A DNA stretch of 61,560 nt, filler included, from Hausera hauseri (lineage: Eukaryota), in NCBI GenBank assembly GCA_046269625.1. It is 11 parts of 11 records of this genome, joined end to end, with 100 filler letters (N's around TTAATTAATTAA, not from the genome) between each part and the next. Parts side by side here need not be neighbours in the genome. Positions count along the whole stretch, not along the records: positions 45,280 to 53,253 come from JBJURY010842079.1; positions 53,354 to 57,496 come from JBJURY010737543.1; positions 57,597 to 61,560 come from JBJURY010853855.1; 8 more parts are not named here. One strand, 5' to 3'. Shown in pieces: positions 51,501-61,560 of the stretch. The notes beneath the pieces are model-generated. The model was not told the DNA's origin. It did not search any database and saw only the letters and a list, made by a program, of their open reading frames with translations. Both the position numbers and the translations under genes were made by a program. The first letter of the stretch is position 1. Each line of letters opens with the position of its first letter.

Positions 51501-51849
51501 AAGTGGCTGAACTGCATATCGATGTATCCATACCACAGGCGATACGATGATTCGCATGGGTGTTGCGCGACTGTTTAGTATCATGCAATTATAAAACAAT
51601 CGTTTTGTAAAGACCAGGACGATTATAATTTGTAGAAATATTACGAAAGAAAATGTTATCTGACACCAATTGTGGTTATATATTATCACAAATAGCAGGC
51701 GAATGCACAAAAATGAGCCGCTAAAACGACAAATCCAAAATTCAAAAAGAAACGTGATTAAAATAAAGTTCCAAAATTTCAAAGTACAGCAAATTTCAAT
51801 CGCAAAGGTAAATACAAAATTACGACTGAATAGAAAAACTCTAAGTATA

Positions 51850-53253
51850 AATAAAGTTCTTTGTTATCCACTGGCGTTTATCATCAAACGTATCTAGCGC
51901 CTTCTTTTTGGTACTAATCGTCATTAATTGATGGTTCTTGGTCCCAATCCGTTCTTGATCAACAATTGTCCCGCATTCATTTTTGTATGCCTGTATGTAG
52001 TTGATGAATTGTAGGTCTGTCTGTTTTAGGTTTATGCCCTTGCATTTAAGGACCGGTTTGCTTTTGGTTTTAAGGGCATACGATTTCGGTCGTAAGAAAA
52101 TTGCTTCTTGATATTCAACACTACCCTTACTCTCGTCCTTAAATTTTCCTATAACGGACGCCAAACTAGTAGAATAAAGAGGGTATATAGCGTCATAGTT
52201 AAAAGTGTCCAACTGTTCATTAGCTATCATTGCTGGTTAGAATTGAGACCGCAGACCAACTCCACGACACTCAAGAAAAAGCTGTGCGTGTCACGAGCAA
52301 CAATATTTAATTCACAATTAAACTGTTGCCCATATGTCTCCAACTCAATATAATTAAGCTCATACATTCTCAATTTGGATAGATCACGTACGGCCTGACC
52401 TATGTATGCGGGTCTATCTAAGATGACCATGTCTTTATCGAGAAGAACAGCAACCACATCATCTGCGATTATAATGTCTCTGTAAACTGTGCTTTACTAG
52501 CATAAGTAACAAGCTTTTTAGCATTATTACACAATTTTAAGTTGGACATTTTCAGCTGATTTTCACCCGTTTTGCCATACAAGCTATTGTTCTTCAGCTT
52601 AGAAAAGTTTTTTTCAAAAGGATTATTCGCTGCAGCCCTCTTCGCAGTGTTTAGAATCGATATAATCCTTAAAGACATAGACTTGGTCAGTCTCAATAGC
52701 TTGATGTACCTTTTCAACTATAGCGCCTAACTGGATGTACAACTGTAAGAGCCTATAGTGAATAACATAGTTGGACTTACGCTCATGTGTCAGCAACAAT
52801 TTCTTTACTTTGGAACCAAGAGGACATTGGTTGATTTGAGCTACAGGCGGTTGGTCAAACTTATCATGTTTGTCAGCCGGAATTCTAAAGTCAACTTGAA
52901 AGACTAAGCCTCGTTTTTCTCTAACATAGTAAATAAAAGGTAATTGTTCAAGCAGGCTAGTTAATTTGTCCTCATCATATATCCATACCAAATTCTCAAA
53001 TGGCAGAGGTTGAGATAAAGCTTAGCCGTACAAATTATTTACCACTATATACAAAAACTGGTGCTCTCATCAGCGATAACCCTATGCTTATTTACAAAAG
53101 TCATGCCACTGCGATTACCTGATTGAAAGAAATTCTACATTTCGGGATCTTGAATGCGCTCAATCTTACAAGGACTTGATTTCATTGCTGTCGCCCAAGA
53201 AAAACCAGGAATTGACACAAAATTAACCGCCTCTAAACCATCCTGCAACTTAA
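51850..53253 (-). pseudogene. Polinton/adintovirus protein-primed DNA polymerase B relic
   Basis: KLKNNSLYGKT, YIGQAVRDLSK, IGKFKDE, LRPKSYA, KCKGI, DDKR. Confidence 0.9.
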
Positions 53254-54449
53254 NNNNNNNNNNNNNNNNNNNNNNNNNNNNNNNNNNNNNNNNNNNNTTA
53301 ATTAATTAANNNNNNNNNNNNNNNNNNNNNNNNNNNNNNNNNNNNNNNNNNNNTTACTCTAAATTCGATAACTCAATCAGACATCTCTTCATTATCATTG
53401 CAATCAAATCATCCGACTGTCTCATCTCATCAGACTCAGGATCCTTCGGAATTAGTACTACCAATGAGCAAGTTACACACAGGCATGTGTGCACACCATA
53501 CGCGACTGTCACTCGGTGCATGAAAATTCGACCCTATTGTTCATTATCCAATGTTTATTGTCGTAAATGTACTAATAATTATTGATCAAAATACGAGATA
53601 TCAATTACATTTTACCAGCATCGTCAAATAACTCCTAACAAAAGCTGCTAATGTCGTCGTCAAGCATTTCGAAAAATCCAGAAAGAAATATGGATGATCA
53701 AGTGTTTTTCTCTCTCAAGTCCGTTTTCGTCTCTCATGATGTATTCGTTTGACAGCAAATACCAGCAAAATGAGATTTGGACTAGAAATTATTTCCCAAA
53801 ATATTCGATGCAATATACAGAAAACTTAAAAAAGTACCAGGACATGATAATAATGAGAAAATTCGTCAACGATTAATTTCGAAATCCCTTACACAACGAA
53901 TGATAAAAATATTTCGTGGTACATCGAAATATTATCTGAAAAATTTATCCCAGACAAAATGCAAAGAACAAGGCAGCTAATGAAAATTATTAGTGTATTG
54001 AGAACATTTTAATTAACGTATAGTCTTTCTTCCTGTCCTATTAAACATATTGAATGCATGATGAATGAAAAACCATTCCAACCAAAAATTCAATCAATTC
54101 GGATTTTCCTACTTATGTCAGACAGATTTAATTTTCAACTGGTAATACGTCGTTCTTGTAAGAATCCAAATATCAGCATAAGCGGTGAAATGTTAACGAT
54201 GTGATTTATAATTTGACTGTTGCACGTATATAATTTCAACCCACCGTTTTATACTCACTATTCAACAAAATGATTTGTACCTTATTAAATTCTTTAATTT
54301 GTTTAAATATTCAATAAAATTTTTAACGATTTGAATTTTTCAACTTGTTCCTGCCATTTTAGCATTATCATTATTTTATCTTGGAATTTTGTTTTGATCA
54401 CGGACATTGTGCAATTCTTAACTATTCTCGGAATTTTTCGAGCTAACAC

Positions 54450-54810
54450 CATGCTACCACGAATACGGAGGTGTACATTAATAATGAGGTATTGGGTTGA
54501 AGAAGAGGAAAGATGACGAAAACTGACGCTATTTAGAGGTAGATAGTTAAGAATGAGATAAAAGTTAGAGATATTAGCAAAGTGTTGTACATACTTGTGT
54601 AAGTAAAGTGCGTCTTTATGGTGTGTTGTATTGTGTGTTAATATTTGGAAATTATTTAGTGCAAAGAAAAGGAAGAGGGTTAGTGTGGGTCCTAGTGGGT
54701 GATATAATAATGCAAAGGGACCGTGGCACAGGGCAGACGGCCAGGAACTCGGTCCAGCCATAACGCACCAGAAAATCGGGAGTGGCCGAATCTTCCTCAG
54801 TGGGTCCGGC
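54450..54810 (-). mobile_element. Isolated leader-Ubl cassette ending at the Gag ATG
   Basis: SATPDF...FLFFALNN...NFYLILN...NVHLRIRGS|M, then non-Gag sequence. Confidence 0.75.
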
Positions 54811-57800
54811 TGAAGTAACGATGTTCACACAGTAGAATGTTAATGATCGTACGCCTCGTAAATTACTGTACAAATTATTGTCCCGCAAGGCATTTGTCTG
54901 TTGGTTTTTTAATTTGAGTAAATTTAGAGCCATTTCGAATTGTTCGATGTTGAGTGACATATTATTTTGTTTAAAACCGCTCGTCAGTCTGACTAGACTG
55001 ATAAGAGGAAAATATCAGTCATTTTGCCGACTGCGTGACAAGCTTCCGCCTGTAAATTGGAATCCCTAAAAGCCGAAGTGATTTGATTAGAAACATTTTG
55101 CACAAAATTAACAATCTCTTTATCGAATGGCAAATGTGCATTCCTCTCAAATGCAGCTTCGACCATTTGGAACAACTTTGACAAAGACTTCTATAGGGAC
55201 ATCTGCTCATATTCCAAATGAAACAATCGAAAGTATTTTTGACTGGTCAAGTTTTCGTATTCTACCGATGTTTTATTATTGTTTGTTGATACTTTAACAA
55301 GAGTACAGTTTACTATTGAGATCGAGGAACAATTTTAATAGTTTCGAATACTCGTTTTCCAATGTTTGGTGAAAGAATCCTGTTTGATTTTCCGATAGTG
55401 AAGTGTTAAAAGATTCTTTAAGAATGTCTGATATCCATATTTGATAATAATGCCCAGCGTAAGATACCGAATCGATAAATAGTTTGGTACAAAACTCCCT
55501 CATCTCGTATTTTCCTGAATCGCTTTGTAAATTTTCAATTGATGATTTTTGCGTATACATATCTCGCTTTTTGTGTATAACTTTGGACAATAGCAAAATA
55601 AGGGACATATTTGCTAAACATGCTTTTTTAAACTAACAACTATTTCGTTAGGTGTAATTTCAAGGAACACCGAATTTTATTGAATAAGTTTTTGTAATTT
55701 TAACTGGATCCATCCGATTACCTTTCGAATAATTTCACTGGAGTTTTCGAGATATTGAAGCAGACTTGACAAACTTAAAGGCCTATCTTTCTTCTTAATA
55801 ACTTTTCTAAAAGGCTTTATTGGTCGATATTCATTACTGGTCGTACTCACGGGAGTCGGTCTTGAGGATAATTGGAGTCCGTTGTTATGAGATGAAGGGT
55901 TTGTTGGGGTAGACTTAGCATCGATCGTGCCTTTTGCTTTAGATGTATGAAAACCATCAATCGAATGTTTATCTGTGGTGTTGTGTCGAACTTTAAGGTT
56001 CAACCCTTGCGAAGGAAAATCATCCTTGAAACTGACCGATTCTCCTTGGACTTCGAACATTTATGGATTGAAGTCTGATTGTGGTCGAAGAATTTGTTAA
56101 ATATTGTGAGATACATGAGAAAAATTAACAGCCGGACTCCTTATTTACACCCATTTTTATCTCTTAAATAGTTTAACTTGAGAAAATTTGACGGTTTCCT
56201 TTTTTATTGTAAAATCATAATATTTGCCAAATGTTACGGTTGATTTTGTGAATCCTGAACAGTCAGATTCGGTATCGTCATTATTCGAATTTATGATTCC
56301 GTTTTCAATGTAATTACACGTACTTTTGGAGTCAAAAATGGTGGGGAAGAGTAGGTACTAGCGTTTGACATTAAGTTCCGTTGAGTAGCAATAAAGCGAC
56401 TCCATGCCATACATTCCTTTTGTAGGATATATTACTAGACGACTTTCGATTTATAAAGGATTCGTGATTTCGATGTCACCATTCCCTGGTAAGTGGGTTG
56501 AATGTATTGCGTGACAAAAATTTGAAACCATGAGTAGACACAAAATGTAACGTGTTAAGGATAAATTGAAAGTCATTATTGGACATAAAGAAAGACATTG
56601 ATTCGCACAAAGCCGGGTCTAAGAATTTTTTGTGTGGGTATTAAAAATATATAATCATTACGCTTTGTTTCATAACATGTGTAACGAGAGCGTCCTCCTC
56701 GATTCCTAAAAGATCCATTAAACACGGACTGGCGTAATCACATTCACTGCTGGGTTGGATACCAAATGAATCGTTGAGGAATGAACGCACAAGATTGTAA
56801 TGCAAATATAGATATTCTTCGTAGTACATTTTGTGCCGAATTAAAAGTAAAATTATTAGCATACGATGGGTTTGTGAAACAGCAAAATTATTATATTTGA
56901 TATTTTTGGAAAATGATATGTACAATGAGCCCTGGTACGGCATCGTTCCTTAATTGAAATGCTAAATTGGCCCGAATCGAATCACTATTAGCGGTGGCGC
57001 TGCCTTCTTTCCTTTGTTTAACTGCATTTAAATAGTTGTGATTATTTTTACGAACGAAGAATATTGCGCAGCCTTCAATACCTCCTGGAAATTTTACACC
57101 AGGTGAAAACAACCACCTTTTGGCCTGAAAATCTTCAACAAATTTATGCATCAAAAAATAAACTACATTTTTACACAAAATTACGATTTGGTTTGCCAAT
57201 AATCGCGCCAAAACAAATGCATAAATACGGCGCACTTGCCTCAAAATTTAAAAATTCAACTCCTTTGTAACCACGAACAAGTGCCAAAATGCCATCAACA
57301 TTGCCGACAACTCCCGACACCTCTCTTAGAAACAACGCACATAATTGAATTCCATCACCAGATCCAATCGATTTTAGTCAAACGTAAAATGTGAAACTGT
57401 AACTGCACACAACTAGAGAAAAACAATGCAATAATAACATTCAATGAATAAACTAATGCCAAAATAATTGTCCATAATTATATTGAAAAAATAATTNNNN
57501 NNNNNNNNNNNNNNNNNNNNNNNNNNNNNNNNNNNNNNNNTTAATTAATTAANNNNNNNNNNNNNNNNNNNNNNNNNNNNNNNNNNNNNNNNNNNNATAT
57601 ATAGAAACCGTGATGAAATTTTAAGTTTGGCGCTGAGAAATTTATGTATTTTCATGCATTGAAATAAATTTTTGTACGTCTATGCATGACATTAACAAGT
57701 CAAGTACACTATGGAAACAAGTTCATGTAAATGATGCATTAAAACAAAGTGTTCTAGAATGTTTGGAAAAATCCATAAACGGAGAAATATGTGCGTTGAC

Positions 57801-59569
57801 ATGGCTACATATTTTATTATTTCCAAATTCACTTCCAAGAATGGTGAGTTTTGTTATTTTTGCTCCTCAAATAATTGGTTTGTTTAGATTTGCAACTGCT
57901 ACAAATTTTGCATGGCGCAGAAACACGAGGAGCAGAATTGCCAGTGTAATACAGCATTACTTTGGATACCAACACAATAGGACTCAATAATATGTATGTC
58001 CTGCATGTGAGATAGTGTTCCAGACCGGTTACGAGGAATTTTACAACCAACATAAACAGCATCTGGATTCGTTCACAAAATAGGAGAAAGCTATATTCAA
58101 CAGTAATATGCTAATGACAACAAGTGTCCCAAAAGCAAATCAGATGTGCGTTTCCTATGCGTATTGCACATCAAAAGCACATAATCCGCAACAATGTCAT
58201 AAAGCAATGCAGCGGTATTATGGACACAAATACAAAAGGATCCAATATTACATATGTCCGGGATGCAAGACTGTATGCGGTGCAGATTACATATAGTTCT
58301 ACTGTGATCACAAACATTATTTGAGTCACTTCGCATCAAAATAAAAGAAGGCCATCTATAATGAGCAACATAATATTGATGCATCTACTTCGCAGTGTTA
58401 TGCGTCGCAGTATGATGCTTCGCAGCATTATGCTTCTCATTATGCAGCTGGATCTTGTGCAGCAGCTGCGAAGCATATTAGAGAATTAAAACGCGCAGCC
58501 GCATCGTGCGCATCAGGGCCATCAGGCGCAGCAGCATCAGACACGGCCACATCAGACGCACCGGCTCCATCAAAAAGCCAAAGACAGCGGCCAGTGGATG
58601 CGGCAGCATTAAAGAAAAAATGCCGCAAATATGTTATTGAGGCAACTGGTCAAACAACCCTCCGAGAGTTCCCCTTATAAACAATGGAAGAAACAGAGGG
58701 GATTCTTCAGGACAACATTGTGGTGCCGCAGACTCGGACACCACCATAATCCACCTCACAGGAGAGAATCAACTCTACCATTAAATAGAGAATCGAAGGT
58801 CCTCAAAAATTTAGTAGTAGCAGATTCTGAACAGAATTTAAAAAATTCCATATCTCAATAATTTTACCAGCCGTTCATTTCTGCCAAACACGATGAAGTA
58901 ATCGACTCAGAGATGATGTTCGTCTTCATTCACAATCGCCCGTACCCTACAATCAGTTACGCTTGGCCTGTATACGGCTGTTCGTTTCCACCGACAAATC
59001 CTATCACCAATGCCAACCATTATTCGGGCAATCGTATTGTGAACAATTTTGTCCGCTCAAAGGATACATGTATATCCACATATAGTGATATATCTAGGCC
59101 TTTTTACATTTTCATTCACCTTTTTTTATTTTTGTTTGCGCAAACAACTGACTACAGTTCAACAGAATCAAAAGAAGACCTTATCTCGGTGTTGTACAAA
59201 ATCCTTCACTATTAACATTATTTTAGCATTTTAGCATTTTATGTTTGCTTAACTGATTTTAATCATTATTATTTTGACAAACTCTTGTATATATATATAT
59301 ATACTCAATCAATCGACTCTTCCGGTACACTTCAGTGCAAGTTCAAACTACCTCATCAATACTCCAAATACGTCATTTCACATTTTGCTTGTATATATTG
59401 TATAAAATTTAGTTACTTATGTGTGTAGAATAAAAAAAAATGATTTTGTAGATTATCGATGAAATTTTTGAATGTATAGAATAATAAAACTTGTCAATCA
59501 GCTTTTTCTTATCGATTTATAATAACTGTGATTTATTCGAAATTTTTATATTCTCATTCTATGTACAAA

Positions 59570-60090
59570 ATAATGGTGTCAGAAGTCTACAGAACTGTGA
59601 TACAATATCATAAAATTTTACGTTTGTCACCACTTAAAATTGAAAATTTCATATATTCAATGGTTTCCAATGAAAATTCCATGTTATTATCAGAAATTCA
59701 TGTCTTTATTAAAATTGTTAATTCGTGAAGATGAATATGCAAACACGTCATATCTTGATGGATGTTATGACATGGCCGGAAATGTGGCAACAATACATCA
59801 CCTCAATGGATGAAACCAGAGAGAAAATAACCATTCCAGAATCGTTCCAATTCGCTTGTCTTGACGATCGAATCAACGTATTGGAATTTTTATTGGATTT
59901 ATTCGTCTACGGCCCATCACTAAGAGCAGAAATATCGAGAAAATTTCATAACTCACGAAGACTGTCGAAATGTCAGACGAGCGGCGAAGTTCTTTGCTGT
60001 GAAGCTTTTTCAGCTGTTTACCATTTGGATTGTTTGGGTATACCATCAGTACCGAAATCTCCATGCACTTACACGGTTCCTCTCCTCTAG
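59570..60090 (+). pseudogene. BPTF/NURF301-like fragment (DDT, WHIM1, PHD)
   Basis: ILRLSPLKIENF...LLSEIHV; MDVMTWPE; RINVLEFLLDLF; CQTSGEVLCCEAFSAVYHLDCL. Confidence 0.8.
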
Positions 60091-60299
60091 ACAAATTGCG
60101 CATGTACTGTTCATTTTGAAAATAATGAGAGTAACAAAAGTATAGATGTATAGTAGTGGTTTATTTATAAGTGTGTTGAGAAGTGCATTGATGCATTGTA
60201 TTGATGAGCGTATTCATTAATGTATTGATTTACTTATTAGTTCCACTGCTTTGATAGGACACATGTTACCTATATTTCACCTTAATTAACTGTATTACC

Positions 60300-60650
60300 A
60301 GCATATTACATACATAGTACCTGCAGATTACTCATACTAGCTAAATATTACTTGCATTTATACACAGACATATATCTGAGCTATACATTTTCCAAAGTTA
60401 GATGCATGTTAGTGCACCCACACAGGCAAACACACAGACATACCTGAAATACAGCTTTTCTTAGGTTGGTTGCACTTTACAAGCATAAGCATGCGAACAT
60501 ATACATGAGATATATCTTTTCTCAGGTTACTTACATTTTGTATGCACAGACAAGTACATACACAAGCATACAAACATATACCTGAGATATCCCTTTTCTC
60601 AGGTTAGTTGCACTTTACATATACAGACATGCACACAAGCACACACACAC
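60300..60650. repeat. Degenerate tandem repeat, ~60-80 bp unit, 4-5 copies
   Basis: Recurrent ACATATACCTGAGATAT..CTTTTCTCAGGTTAGTTGCAC. Confidence 0.75.
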
Positions 60651-60838
60651 TAAAGTGTTTAGCGCTGTCAAAGTTATGTTGTTATGAAATAAATGTGTTA
60701 TGAATTTAGTTGACCTTATCCTATATAGTAGTTGCTTAGTTTTACTTGGTCTTATCCTATATCCCACATTACTTGATCAAGGAGACAACACGATATTTCT
60801 ATAACATTTATTAACAATGAATAACAATATGTACATAT

Positions 60839-61560
60839 TTACAATGACACATGTCCGTGAGGTAGTGTGTAGATTCCATGGTTCAGGATCTGGCGCTTGT
60901 CGTCCATCCAATCTAAACTTTTCTTTTGCAGTGTTACAGTTTGGATGTTATGATCCCTAGATTGGATTCTTCGCATCTCTGATATAATGTGAGTCTGCTC
61001 CTGCAGAACTCTCATAATCCTAAAAACTGATCTTCTTGGCCAATGTAGTCCTTTGAACACCCTTAGCTCTCTTTTTTATCTGGCCACATATCAATCGCGT
61101 ACATCTTAGATTTGAGAGCTACAAATCTCGAGATTATTGCTCCATTCACCTTGTTTTTGAGTTTCCCTAGGAACTTCTGGTTGGCAATAGAATAATTTGG
61201 ATGATCCTTTGCATAATCCGAGGTATCCATATGTTGGGGCAATTGGGCAAAGTCATTATAAATATCATCTGTATGGATCTTATATATGAAACTATCAGTA
61301 TTCATACACATCAGCTGCATAGACTTTAACTTGGGGACCATGATGTCATAATGGAATTGATACACCAAGGTCTTTGACAGATCAAATATTGCCATACCCA
61401 CATATATGGGCTTACTGAATACCAAGGATGTTTTCAGCATATGTATTCTGACCAAGTTCTCAGTATATATGGTGCTGCTGTAGAAGTTAGACTTTGCAAT
61501 AAGCTTCTTTGCCCGTTTCCACTCAGAAACCAGCTCGATATTGATCCTGTTACGGATATT
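60839..61560 (-). pseudogene. Polinton-type DNA polymerase B C-terminal relic
   Basis: KPIYVGMAIFDLSK, NTDSFIY, DTSDY, FVALKSKMYA, DDKR..TLPHGH. Confidence 0.9.

Noticed and set aside
54990-57250. Host-like degenerate ORFs (also 15604-16800, 5366-6230, 23450-24260, 9900-10500)
   Set aside because: They look coding but I cannot recognise the genes, so they are not annotated as features
60300-60650. CRISPR-like repeat array
   Set aside because: Degenerate eukaryotic tandem repeat with no unique spacers and no cas genes

Overview
This window is not a contiguous locus. It is 11 short AT-rich animal contigs joined by artificial N...TTAATTAATTAA...N linkers. The host has spliceosomal introns, shown by a PP1 exon 1 with a 39-nt intron and a tropomyosin exon. 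The window is dominated by transposable elements: one intact L2/Kiri/CR1-group LINE ORF2, Tc1/mariner relics, Polinton/adintovirus polB, capsid and protease relics, a degenerate LTR-type polyprotein carrying a chuvirus-like glycoprotein, and eight fragments of one CsRn1-like (CHCC-Gag) Gypsy family. The most striking signal is in this Gypsy family. In seven copies, the Gag start Met is directly preceded in frame by a ~70-aa ubiquitin-like domain ending in (H)xRxRGG, i.e. Ubl-GG|M-Gag. No copy shows a canonical 5' LTR or PBS. Instead the leader is joined, always in the same orientation and often in frame, to different intronless host-gene fragments such as Nup210 and mitochondrial IF2. My inference is a retrotransposon that uses host deubiquitinase-type cleavage to release Gag and that systematically forms chimeras with host mRNAs. 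All family assignments come from motif recognition by eye, not database searches.
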